Origin: Bacteroidales bacterium UBA6229
Lineage (GTDB): Bacteria; Bacteroidota; Bacteroidia; Bacteroidales; F082
DNA length: 64,000 bases
Assembly (NCBI GenBank): GCA_002440975.1
Contig: DJWN01000126.1
Location: forward strand, 20,785 to 84,784
Direction: 5' to 3'
Shown here: piece by piece, positions 21,455 to 31,500 of the stretch
Layout: every line of letters begins with the position of its first letter
Numbering within the stretch: the first letter of the stretch is position 1
The notes under the pieces: model-generated
What the model saw: only the letters and a program-made list of their open reading frames with translations
What the model was told of the DNA's origin: nothing
Databases searched by the model: none
Translations under genes and position numbers: made by a program

Positions 21455-21487
21455 TTTGTTACAATCTGATAAAAACTGCTAATTTTG
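21455..21487 (+). promoter_or_regulatory. Candidate Bacteroidota sigma-A promoter for ahcY
   Basis: A TTG(T) at about 21455-21458 and TAATTTTG (TAnnTTTG) at 21480-21487 are about 21 bp apart. The pair lies 43 bp upstream of the ahcY ATG. Confidence 0.45.
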
Positions 21488-21529
21488 CAGCCCTTTTTAA
21501 TGATCTAAAAAACTATTTAGCAAAAAGTT

Positions 21530-22957
21530 ATGAATAATACCATGACAGCAAATGAAGTCCGATACAAGATTGCCGATATTAAGTTGGCATCCTGGGGACA
21601 AAAAGAAATTGAAATAGCCGAGAAAGAAATGCCCGGCCTGATGTCGTTGCGCGAGAGATATGGCAAAGAGCAACCATTGAAAGGTGCCCGGATTTCAGGA
21701 TCCTTGCACATGACCATTCAAACTGCCGTTTTAATTGAAACTTTGCAGGCCCTGGGTGCTAAAGTACGCTGGGCAAGTTGTAATATTTTCTCTACACAGG
21801 ATCATGCGGCAGCGGCTATTGCTGCCAAAGGAGTGCCTGTGTTTGCCTGGAAGGGTGAAACTTTGGAAGAATACTGGTGGAGTACCAAGCAAGCCCTGAC
21901 TTTTGAAGACGGCCTTGGTCCTGATCTTATCGTGGATGATGGCGGCGATGCCACCCTGATGATTCACAAAGGGTATGAGATAGAGCAAAATCCGGAATTA
22001 CTCAGGAAAACCCCCGGCAGCAATGAGGAAAAAGCATTGTTGAAAATACTTCAGGAGACTTATTTAGAAAACCCAAAACACTGGCGCGAAACCGTGAAAA
22101 GGTGGAAGGGTGTTTCGGAAGAAACCACAACCGGTGTTCACAGGCTTTATCAGATGAAAGAAGCCGGGAAGTTGCTTGTTCCTGCCATCAATGTGAATGA
22201 CTCAGTTACCAAGTCGAAATTTGATAACCTTTATGGTTGCCGCGAATCGCTGGCCGATGGTATCAAACGTGCCACGGATGTGATGCTGGCCGGAAAAGTG
22301 TGTGTGGTTTTGGGATATGGTGATGTGGGCAAAGGTTCTGCAAAATCACTTAAAGCCTATGGTGCACGCGTTTTGGTTACCGAGATCGACCCGATCTGCG
22401 CACTTCAGGCTGCCATGGAGGGTTATGAGGTTACTACTATTGATGAAGCATTGAAGATTGGAAATATTTTTGTCACCACTACCGGTAACAAAGATGTTAT
22501 CACGCTTGAACATATGCGTCGGATGAAAGACCAAAGCATCGTGTGTAATATTGGACATTTCGATAATGAAATTCAGGTTGACGCTTTGAATGCTGCTGAT
22601 GATATTGAAAGGATTAATATCAAGCCTCAGGTTGATAAGTATGTAATGCCTCAGGGCAATGCAATTTATTTGCTTGCTGAGGGCCGCCTGGTAAATTTGG
22701 GTTGTGCCACCGGCCATCCCAGCTTTGTGATGAGCAATTCTTTTACCAACCAAACCCTTGCACAGATCGACCTCTGGAAGAATCGTGATAATTACGAAAT
22801 TGATGTTTACCGTTTGCCCAAACACCTGGATGAAGAAGTTGCCCGTTTACATCTGGAACAAATTGGTGTAAAACTTACCAAGCTTACCCAAGCGCAGGCT
22901 GATTATATTGGCGTTGCTGTTGAAGGGCCTTATAAACCAGATCATTACAGGTATTAA
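21530..22957 (+). CDS. ahcY: Adenosylhomocysteinase
   Basis: This 475-aa protein starts ..[27 protein letters not shown]... Its NAD site is GYGDVGKG, and it ends ..GHFDNEI.. ..YRY. Confidence 0.96.
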   Translation: MNNTMTANEVRYKIADIKLASWGQKEIEIAEKEMPGLMSLRERYGKEQPLKGARISGSLHMTIQTAVLIETLQALGAKVRWASCNIFSTQDHAAAAIAAKGVPVFAWKGETLEEYWWSTKQALTFEDGLGPDLIVDDGGDATLMIHKGYEIEQNPELLRKTPGSNEEKALLKILQETYLENPKHWRETVKRWKGVSEETTTGVHRLYQMKEAGKLLVPAINVNDSVTKSKFDNLYGCRESLADGIKRATDVMLAGKVCVVLGYGDVGKGSAKSLKAYGARVLVTEIDPICALQAAMEGYEVTTIDEALKIGNIFVTTTGNKDVITLEHMRRMKDQSIVCNIGHFDNEIQVDALNAADDIERINIKPQVDKYVMPQGNAIYLLAEGRLVNLGCATGHPSFVMSNSFTNQTLAQIDLWKNRDNYEIDVYRLPKHLDEEVARLHLEQIGVKLTKLTQAQADYIGVAVEGPYKPDHYRY

Positions 22958-22978
22958 TCTTTTTCCATTTTAAAAAAC

Positions 22979-23010
22979 ACCTTTCGAAATTTTCGGAAGG
23001 TTTTTTTTTG
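22979..23010 (+). terminator. Intrinsic terminator after ahcY
   Basis: A hairpin ACCTTTCGAA-att-TTCGGAAGGT (one G-U pair) is followed by T9. It starts 22 nt after the stop codon. Confidence 0.8.
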
Positions 23011-23035
23011 TGAAAGAATTTGCTTTAGCAAAACA

Positions 23036-23500
23036 TCAGTTGTAAATCCGTAAATATTGTCCGTTGTAAGTTGTTTGGTATTGAATCAAAGGCCATTTTC
23101 CATCACCTTCAACAATGCTTCCGTTGAGTAAGAGATACGAAATGTCGTTGCATTCGTCATAGGCCATTGGATAATAATCACCTACAACAAGACGCGTACA
23201 TTCATTTCCTTCGCAGCAGCGGTTTGGTTCGTTTGGTGGCATACGATCGTAGGCCAAGAACTCATTTTGGGTCATACGATATACAATAATTCCACGGCTG
23301 GGCGGATCGGCAGTCACATACATCCAGCCACCAACAGTGTTTAATTCCTGATAAAATGTCCCGTTGGGATCAATGGTAAAATTGATGTAAGCCTTGGGAT
23401 CATTAGGGTTGATCTCTTCTTTGCGACAAGCCGAAAGAATAAAGATCAACACTAGGATTGTGGTAAGGAATCCTGATTTATAAGTACTAATTTTTGGCAT
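23036..23500 (-). CDS. Hypothetical Cys-rich lipoprotein
   Basis: The lipobox is ILSAC. The mature part carries CCEGNEC and DEC motifs. The start is ambiguous between the ATG at 23500 and the ATG at 23530. Confidence 0.55.
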   Translation of the reverse strand: MPKISTYKSGFLTTILVLIFILSACRKEEINPNDPKAYINFTIDPNGTFYQELNTVGGWMYVTADPPSRGIIVYRMTQNEFLAYDRMPPNEPNRCCEGNECTRLVVGDYYPMAYDECNDISYLLLNGSIVEGDGKWPLIQYQTTYNGQYLRIYN

Positions 23501-23646
23501 GATAGCTAGATAACGCACATTGAAAGTCATTATTACTCATATAAAGAGAGAATAAATTTTGGCAAAGATAGTTTGCTTTAGGATGTAGTAGGAGAATTGC
23601 TGCTGTGTGATTTAAATTTTTGTAGGTTTGTTAACTGAATTTTAAG

Positions 23647-23910
23647 ATGAAGGCTAATTTCATAATAAGATTTTTGGGTCTGTTTGGTTTTATTGTGCTG
23701 GTGATGACCATGCAGTCATGCAGCTTATTGGAGCGACCAGGTGCAGTAAAGAAAAATCAAAAAATTGAACGTGAGCTACAACGTCAGGCTGATAAGGAAT
23801 ATGAACAGGCGCAGAGACAGCATCTCAAAATGCAGTCGGACGCTACCCGGAAAATGATGAAAAAGATGGAACGAAAGAACAAAAAATGGCTGAAATCCAA
23901 AAAGCACTAA
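23647..23910 (+). CDS. Small lysine-rich putative lipoprotein
   Basis: This 87-aa ORF has a signal peptide and lipobox (MTMQSC). The rest is charged and K/R/Q/E-rich. It overlaps the kinase ORF start by 25 nt. Confidence 0.45.
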   Translation: MKANFIIRFLGLFGFIVLVMTMQSCSLLERPGAVKKNQKIERELQRQADKEYEQAQRQHLKMQSDATRKMMKKMERKNKKWLKSKKH

Positions 23911-26900
23911 ACAAGCCGGTTTTACTATGTTTATTTTCCGGATTGGCTGAGATAAAACGTTTCGGTCTTTTTTTGCTTTTGTTTTTTGCTTCGATTTTCA
24001 ATCCGGTTGCCCATGCCCAGCAAGTTCCTGACAGACTTGTCTTTGAGCGTATTTTGTCAGAAAATGTGCGTATCGAAAAAGGACTAAGCCAGAATACCGT
24101 AAATACTATGATTCAGGACTCAGAAGGCTTTATGTGGTTTGGCACCTGGGATGGATTAAATCGTTATGACGGATATAATTTTTTGATCTACAGCAAAAGT
24201 AATGGATTAAGCAACGAAACGATCAGGGCCTTGTTTCAGCGTAATGATACACTCTGGGTTGGAACAGAATACGGCCTGAATATTTTGCAAATGTCCACCG
24301 GTGAAATATCTAATTTTTATCATGATGAAAATGATTCTACAAGCCTGAGCAGTAATATGATCAACCATATCTTTGAAGATCACCTTGGCGTTATTTGGAT
24401 AAGTACGGATGCAGGCTTGTCGGCTTTCAGGCCGACTCTTGGGGGTTTTTCGCGTGTGATTAGCAGAGACTATGGTAATCCGCTGAGAAGCAACAAGATG
24501 AATATGGCCACACAAGATTCGCTGGATAATTATTGGATTGCCACAAGTTATGGATTGGTATTGTATAAGATTGAAAATCAGAGTCTGACAAGGTTTTTTC
24601 ACATTTCGGGAGATTCTAGTAGTTTGCCGGACAATCATGTAAATACACTGGCATTTGATCAATCCGGAAAGTTATGGGTAGGTACAAGAGCTGGCTTATG
24701 CCAGTATATACCGGAAAGCCGTAACTTTAAAACCATAGATTATCATGGACAATTAAGACCTGAAATTACAACAATTCATGTTGATGGCCATCGGGGTTTG
24801 TGGCTGGGCACGAATGGTGATGGGTTAATATATTATTGTTTTAGCGATAATACGTTCAAGCAGTTTGAGCATCTTGCCAACAGACCATATTCAATTTCTG
24901 ACAACAGGATATATTCATTGTATAGCGATCATTATAATAATTTATGGGTTGGTACATTTAATGGGTTGAATAAGCTCGACAGCAGATCGCCAAAGTTTCG
25001 GCTTTACAGATCGCAGCCATCACTGGAACATGGTTTTGTGAATAATTCGGTGTGGACTTTTTTGGAGGCAGAGAACGGGAAAATCTGGATTGGAACGGAT
25101 CATGGCGTAATAATTGCTGACAGGAAAGATAACACTTTTGAATTATTGATACCCAGGCAGGAGGCGAAGTTTGGAATTTCGCAAAACCTTGTCAGAAGCT
25201 TGTTTCGCGACAGTAAAGGGTATTACTGGATTGGTTTTAGAAACAGTGGTTTAAGCCGTTATGATCCGAAAACTAAAACATTCAAGCATTTTGAATCGGA
25301 TCCTAAAGATTCCAATTCCCTGCCTAATAATTATGTTACAGATATTCAAGAGGATAGTCTTGGACGCATTTGGGTTGCAACCGACGATGGCCTGGCACGC
25401 CTGAATGAAACATCTGATGGATTTATTGTGTACAGAAATCATAACAGCAAAATTGGTGGTTTAGCTTCGAACAGGGTTTATGACTTGTTTATTGATCGTT
25501 CAGGAAGATATTGGCTGGCCACACTTACCGGATTAGCCTTATACAATTATCAGGATGACAAGTTTACGCTTTTTCAAAGTAACGATCCCGACAGAGAGCT
25601 CTATGCAACAGGTAGAGATAAGCTGTTTTCGATCACCGAGCATAGTGATGGAAGTTTGTGGATTGGAACACGTGGAGAAGGCTTGTTGGTTTTTAATCCT
25701 GAAACAGGGCAATTTAAGCGATTCACCGAAAAGCACGGATTGTCGAATAACGTAACCTATAAAGCACTGGAAGATTCTAATGGAATTATATGGATAACAA
25801 CAAATTGGGGCCTTTCGCGCTATAACCCGACAGATTCAAGTTTTAGTAAATATGATGTAACGGATGGATTACAAAGCAACGAGTTTAATCTGAATGCAGC
25901 CATGTTAGCCGCCGATGGTGAAATTTATATTGGTGGCATGAATGGATACAATGTGTTTTATCCGGATGAGATCCTGGTGAATACAACACCGCCTCCCATT
26001 CGAATTACGGCTTTTAAGAAGTTTAACCTGCTTCAGCAGAAGAACTTTAAGGATGGTGATACGATTATTTTAAACTATGATGATAACTATTTTGCTTTCG
26101 AATTTACAGCCCTGGATTTTACAAACCCTTACAAAAATAAATATCGATTTATACTGGAAAACTATAACAGAAACTGGATTGAACGCGATGCCAATCAGCG
26201 ATATGCAGAGTTTGCCCGGGTAAGTGCCGGCACCTATACTTTTAGGGTAATGGCCTCGAATAGTGACGGATATTGGAATACTCAGGGCATTAAACTCACC
26301 ATTATCATATTACCAGCATGGTACGATACCTGGTGGTTTAGAGGGATTGTAGTTTTATTGCTTGTGTTGGCAGTGTATGGGCTTATCGTGCTTAGGTTAA
26401 ATGTATTGCGGCGAAAACACGAAGCCGAAAAAAAATACCTGGCATTCGAAAAACAAATGTATCAGCTGGAACAAAAAGCACTTCAGCTTCAGATGAATCC
26501 ACATTTTTTGTTTAATTCTCTTAATAGCATTCAAAGTTTTGTGGTTAACAATGATATTGATAATGCCATTCACTACCTATCTAAATTTTCGCAGCTGATG
26601 CGCCGTATTTTAAGCAATTCTGCCGAGAGCTCTGTTTTGTTGCGGGACGAATTACAGGCACTTAAACTCTACATCGAAATAGAAAGCCTGCGGTTTCATG
26701 GTAAGTTTACATTTCAAATAGAAGTGGATCCTGAGATTGACGACAGTTTTATTGAAATACCTCCCATGATTCTTCAGCCTTATGTTGAAAATGCCATCTT
26801 ACATGGATTGATGCATAGTTCCAAAACGGGTCATTTACAGATTATCATCAAACTGGAAGGAGAAAATATTCTCTGTATTATACAGGATGACGGCATTGGC

Positions 26901-27098
26901 AGGGAACGGGCAGCACAGATCAGGAAAGAATCGGGTATCGAACGAAAATCGCGCGGAATGCTCATTACCAAAGAACGCCTGGATGTGCTTAATCAATATA
27001 CCGAGGATGTCTATATTGTTAAGGTGATCGATCTTTTTGATGAGGATAAGCAAGCCTGTGGAACCCGGGTCGAAATCAGAATTCAATATAAAGAGTAA
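23886..27098 (+). CDS. Sensor kinase: two-component-regulator beta-propeller repeats + Y_Y_Y-like domain + TM + LytS-type histidine kinase
   Basis: Repeated ..D..G.lWiGT..GL..y motifs occur more than 12 times. A TM segment follows (WWFRGIVVLLLVLAVYGLIVL), then LQMNPHFLFNSLNSI (the LytS/His_kinase H-box) and an HATPase tail (..DDGIGRE..). Confidence 0.88.
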   Translation: MAEIQKALNKPVLLCLFSGLAEIKRFGLFLLLFFASIFNPVAHAQQVPDRLVFERILSENVRIEKGLSQNTVNTMIQDSEGFMWFGTWDGLNRYDGYNFLIYSKSNGLSNETIRALFQRNDTLWVGTEYGLNILQMSTGEISNFYHDENDSTSLSSNMINHIFEDHLGVIWISTDAGLSAFRPTLGGFSRVISRDYGNPLRSNKMNMATQDSLDNYWIATSYGLVLYKIENQSLTRFFHISGDSSSLPDNHVNTLAFDQSGKLWVGTRAGLCQYIPESRNFKTIDYHGQLRPEITTIHVDGHRGLWLGTNGDGLIYYCFSDNTFKQFEHLANRPYSISDNRIYSLYSDHYNNLWVGTFNGLNKLDSRSPKFRLYRSQPSLEHGFVNNSVWTFLEAENGKIWIGTDHGVIIADRKDNTFELLIPRQEAKFGISQNLVRSLFRDSKGYYWIGFRNSGLSRYDPKTKTFKHFESDPKDSNSLPNNYVTDIQEDSLGRIWVATDDGLARLNETSDGFIVYRNHNSKIGGLASNRVYDLFIDRSGRYWLATLTGLALYNYQDDKFTLFQSNDPDRELYATGRDKLFSITEHSDGSLWIGTRGEGLLVFNPETGQFKRFTEKHGLSNNVTYKALEDSNGIIWITTNWGLSRYNPTDSSFSKYDVTDGLQSNEFNLNAAMLAADGEIYIGGMNGYNVFYPDEILVNTTPPPIRITAFKKFNLLQQKNFKDGDTIILNYDDNYFAFEFTALDFTNPYKNKYRFILENYNRNWIERDANQRYAEFARVSAGTYTFRVMASNSDGYWNTQGIKLTIIILPAWYDTWWFRGIVVLLLVLAVYGLIVLRLNVLRRKHEAEKKYLAFEKQMYQLEQKALQLQMNPHFLFNSLNSIQSFVVNNDIDNAIHYLSKFSQLMRRILSNSAESSVLLRDELQALKLYIEIESLRFHGKFTFQIEVDPEIDDSFIEIPPMILQPYVENAILHGLMHSSKTGHLQIIIKLEGENILCIIQDDGIGRERAAQIRKESGIERKSRGMLITKERLDVLNQYTEDVYIVKVIDLFDEDKQACGTRVEIRIQYKE

Positions 27099-27119
27099 TT
27101 TTGTTAAAATATTAAAACT

Positions 27120-27866
27120 ATGCTCAGAGCTGTAATCGTTGAAGACGAGCTTAAATCAAGAGAAACGCTACGCGGCCTGCTCAGTCGTTTTTGTGATGAT
27201 GTAATGGTTTGCGCCGAAGCAGGCGGGGTTCAGTCCGGTAAGGAAGCAATTCTGGAACATCAACCCGATCTGGTTTTTTTGGATATTGAAATGCCGGATG
27301 GCAGTGGTTTTAGATTGCTCGAACGCCTGGATGAAATAAATTTTGAAATTATTTTTACCACAGCCTTTGAACAGTTTGCCATTAAGGCAATCAGATATGC
27401 GGCACTTGATTATTTACTGAAACCAATCGTGCCGGACGAGCTTGTTGCTGCTGTTGAAAAAGTTAGGCAACTGAAACAAAGAAGAAGCAATCAAAAACAG
27501 ATCGAGGTTTTGCTCAACAACATTAATCCGAATCAACTCGAATCAAAAAAAATTGTGCTATCTACATCCGAGAAAATTCATGTTGTTGCAATGAATGATA
27601 TTATTCGTTGTGAATCAGATAATTATTATACGCACTTTTATTTTACTGATGGCACACATTTATTGATCAGCAAAACACTTAAAGATGTTGAAAGTCTTTT
27701 GGAGGAAGGGAATTTTATCCGCCCGCACAAATCACACCTTATTAATACGAAGTATATCCGGAATTTTAATCGGGAACAAGTGGCTATTTTACTTACCGAC
27801 GGTAGTATGATCCCCGTTTCGAGAAGAAAGAAAGAAAAAATTCTGGAAATTATTAATCAATTGTAA
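27120..27866 (+). CDS. LytTR-family response regulator
   Basis: The receiver carries VEDE..DIEMPDGSG..KP. The C-terminal ~100 aa have the LytTR pattern (..IIRCESDNYYTHFYF..HKSHLIN..). Confidence 0.9.
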   Translation: MLRAVIVEDELKSRETLRGLLSRFCDDVMVCAEAGGVQSGKEAILEHQPDLVFLDIEMPDGSGFRLLERLDEINFEIIFTTAFEQFAIKAIRYAALDYLLKPIVPDELVAAVEKVRQLKQRRSNQKQIEVLLNNINPNQLESKKIVLSTSEKIHVVAMNDIIRCESDNYYTHFYFTDGTHLLISKTLKDVESLLEEGNFIRPHKSHLINTKYIRNFNREQVAILLTDGSMIPVSRRKKEKILEIINQL

Positions 27867-28014
27867 TGCCGTGTAACATGCTAAAAAATAAGGAAATAGG
27901 CAAAATTGTTTCACCCTTAAACTTGAAAATAAGAGCCGTTTTCTGATTTTTGATAGCAAGAAGTATATTTCTTTTATTACTTTTAGCCTCTTTAACTGGA
28001 ATATAGATCGACCT

Positions 28015-28452
28015 ATGGAAGATTTTATTTACATCCTGATTGGTGTTATCTGGTTGGTTTTTAGTGTGATCAAGGGAACTCAAAAAAGAAAAACCCGGGA
28101 TCAGAACCAGCAGGCAGGCAGCCCTCAACAAAAGAAGGAGAGGTCGTTTGACGATATTTTGGCAGAGATATTAGGGGAGGAATCCGAACCTCAAACAGTA
28201 TTTCAGGAGGTTAGTGAGCAGAAGAGCACGATCGAAATAACTGAAACAGAAGTAGGTGGAGCCTATCAATCACTTGAAGATCTGTACCTGATCGAGCATA
28301 AAGAGCAGTTAAAAAAAGAAGGAAATAGTAAAGATAATTCGGTAAAGAGAGCCATAGAACCAGAAACTATTAAGAAAACTAAAGGTCATCAGCCTTTCGA
28401 TTTACGCAAGGCAATTATCTACCAAGCCATTTTGGAAAGGCCTTATGCTTAA
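28015..28452 (+). CDS. Hypothetical single-pass membrane protein
   Basis: This 145-aa ORF has an N-terminal TM segment (FIYILIGVIWLVFSVI) followed by a charged tail. I recognise no family. Confidence 0.45.
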   Translation: MEDFIYILIGVIWLVFSVIKGTQKRKTRDQNQQAGSPQQKKERSFDDILAEILGEESEPQTVFQEVSEQKSTIEITETEVGGAYQSLEDLYLIEHKEQLKKEGNSKDNSVKRAIEPETIKKTKGHQPFDLRKAIIYQAILERPYA

Positions 28453-28455
28453 GTA

Positions 28456-28487
28456 TTTGTTAAGCTTTAGGGAACTTTTTTGTTAAG
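28456..28487 (+). promoter_or_regulatory. Direct repeat TTTGTTAAG-N14-TTTGTTAAG, candidate LytTR-regulator site
   Basis: Identical 9-mers sit at 28456-28464 and 28479-28487. They lie about 100 bp upstream of the receptor-like gene, just upstream of a weak promoter-like pair (TTG about 28503, TATCTTTA 28527-28534). The GTTAAG core resembles characterised LytTR sites such as AgrA ACAGTTAAG. Confidence 0.35.
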
Positions 28488-28582
28488 GTATGGTGGTTTT
28501 TCTTGGATAGTAAAATGAATTATTTCTATCTTTACCGGCCTTAAACGCACATAAAGAGTAGTATAACATAAAATTACATGGT

Positions 28583-31500
28583 ATGTTGAGAAATTTACTG
28601 TTAACTCTGTGTATAGTGTTGATGTCTTGGACGTTAGCACTAGCTCAGCAAGGAAGATTACAAGGTAAAGTTTACGAGAAAGACAGCCGGGAACCCATCC
28701 CATTTGCCAATATTGTACTCGAAAATGGCGGAACAGTGGTGGGAGGTGCTACCTCTGATTTTGACGGAAACTACGTTATTAACCCCATTCCTCCCGGAAA
28801 ATATGACCTGAAGGCTACTTTTGTCGGGTATAATCCGGTTACGGTTACCGGTATCAATATACCCGGTAACAAAATTACCTTTTACGATATCGTGATGACT
28901 GGTTCTTCAATCGACCTGGAGACAGTTGAGATTATCGAGTACAAGGTGCCATTGATATCCAAAGACCAGACCACTTCGGGCGCATCAGTAACTTCTGAAG
29001 AAATTAAGAAGATGCCAAACCGTTCGGCTGATGCTGTTGCTGCCACTGTTGGGGGTGTGTTCTCACAGGATGGCGAGCGCGGTAATGTGCGTGGAGCACG
29101 TTCGGATGCCACAGCAGTCTATATCGACGGTGTACGCGTTATTGGTTCAGGAAGTGTGCCACAGTCTGCTATCGAGCAGGTGGATGTGATCCTGGGTGGT
29201 ACGCCGGCTCAGTATGGCGATGCCACAGGTGGTATTATTAACGTAACTACGAAAGGACCTTCGCGTACGTTTGGTGCCGGAGTTGAACTCGAAACATCCG
29301 AGTTGCTTGATGCTTACGGCCATAACAGGCTTGGTTTTAATATCCAGGGGCCATTGCTTAAAGGTAAGAATCAGGAAACAGCTTTGCTCGGCTTCTTTAT
29401 TGCAGGAGATATCAACTACAACCGTGATGGTAGAATTTCCGGCTTAGGCTATTATAGTGCCAATGATGCTACTTTGGCAAGTATTTCAACAAATCCGCTC
29501 AGACCAACAGGTATCGGATCCGGAACCCTTAGAAATGGTGAATTTGTGAGAGCATCAGATTTGAAACACTCAAAAACATCATTGAATACCGATCGTTATG
29601 GGATCAATCTCTCAGGTAATATTAACATCAGAACAACAGAAACCATCAACCTCTCTGTTGGTGGTACATTCAACAAATCAGAAGGGAATGATTACAGCTA
29701 TTCTGGCTCATACTACAACTCTGATAAGAATACCCGTTTTGATGATAACACCTGGCGTGTTTTTGGTCGCTTCACCCAGCGATTCCCAACCGATAACGAA
29801 AGCAGTTCGATAGTAAAAAATATTTATTACTCTATTCAGGCTGACTATACGCGTGAGAAGAATTCTTATGGTGATCCGAATCATTGGGACAACTTATTTA
29901 AATACGGTTATCTTGGGAAATATCAAATTCACAGAACGCCATCTTTTGAGTTGGCAAGCGATACTGTAAACGGACATTATTATGAAGACGTATGGTTCCT
30001 GAGAACCTGGAATTTTGACACGCTTGTTAGCTGGACTCCCGCAGATATCAACCCTTTGGTTGCAAATTATACTACAAGTTATTACGATACTTATGCCGGT
30101 CAGCCCGATGGAAATTTTGAAAACTTTACGCAGATGCAGCTGGGTGGTGCTTTGTTGAATGGTGATTCGCCTCAGGCATTTTATGGCCTGTATCAAGCTC
30201 CCGGTGCAAATCAGAGCGGATATGGCTTTTCGGATAATGATCAGTTTAGCATAAACGTAGCCGGTTCGATGGATATCGGAAATCATGAAATAAAGCTAGG
30301 GTTTCAGTACGAACAAAGAACAAACAGAAATGTGAGTTATGCGCCTACCCGTCTTTGGTCTTTAATGAGAGGTCTCACCAACTTCCATATCATGGAGATT
30401 GATACCGATAACCCCTTTCTGATTAGTTATGACGGTATTGTTGATACTGTAATGTATTACAGACGATATGATGAATTGTCGCAACGTACTTTCGATATGA
30501 ACTTAAGGACTAAGCTTGGTTTGCCTGTAGATGGCGTGGATTATATTAATATCGATTCCTATGATTTTAATAACAATAGCATTGAGTATTTTGATAAAGA
30601 TGGAAAGGTACATGTAATTAATGTAGATTCTGAATTGTTTGATATCAGCATGTTCAGCCCTGATGAACTATTGAATGATGGTGGTTATTATACCATGTAT
30701 TCAGGATATGATTATACGGGTAAGAAGTTGACATCACAACCAAGTTTCGACGACTTTTTTAATGCCCGCGATGAGAATGGGATGTACACCAGACCAATCG
30801 GAGCATTTCAACCTGTATATCTGGCAGGCTATATTCAGGATAAATTTGCCTTTAGAGACCTTATCTTTAATATAGGTGTTCGTGTTGACCGCTTTGATGC
30901 CAACCAAAAAGTGTTGAATGACCCATTTTTGCTTTTCAATGCTTATACAGCCGGAGAAGTTACAAATATTAAAGGGCAGCCTGTTAGTCATCCTGCAGGT
31001 ATTGGCAGCGATTATGTGGTTTATGTTAATGATGTAAGAAATCCATCGGAAATTGTTGGATACCGTTCAGAGAATATCTGGTATAATGCCAATGGTGCCG
31101 AAATCCAGGATCCCTCTCTATTGGATGTTGGCTCCGGTATTTCACCTTTCCTGATAAATCCGGATCAGCAAAGAGCCGATATCAATTCATTTAAAGATTA
31201 TGAGCCTCAGTGGAGTGTGATGCCGCGTATTTCATTCTCCTTCCCGATTTCGGATGAAGCACTATTCTTTGCTCATTATGATGTTTTAACTCAACGTCCA
31301 ACGAGTAATTTGTTCTCAAATCCTGCTACCTACTATTTCTTTGAGAGCATTAACGATGTGATTAATAATCCTGCACTTAAACCATCTCAAACCATTGATT
31401 ATGAACTTGGTTTTACTCAAAAGTTAACCAATTCCTCTTCTGTCACTTTCACGGCTTTCTATCGCGAGATGCGTGATATGATTCAGATTTATCGCTTCAA

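Noticed and set aside
21300-21529. SAH riboswitch upstream of ahcY
   Set aside because: The region is AT-rich with CA-repeats. It has no GC-rich pseudoknot-forming blocks of the kind SAH riboswitches have.
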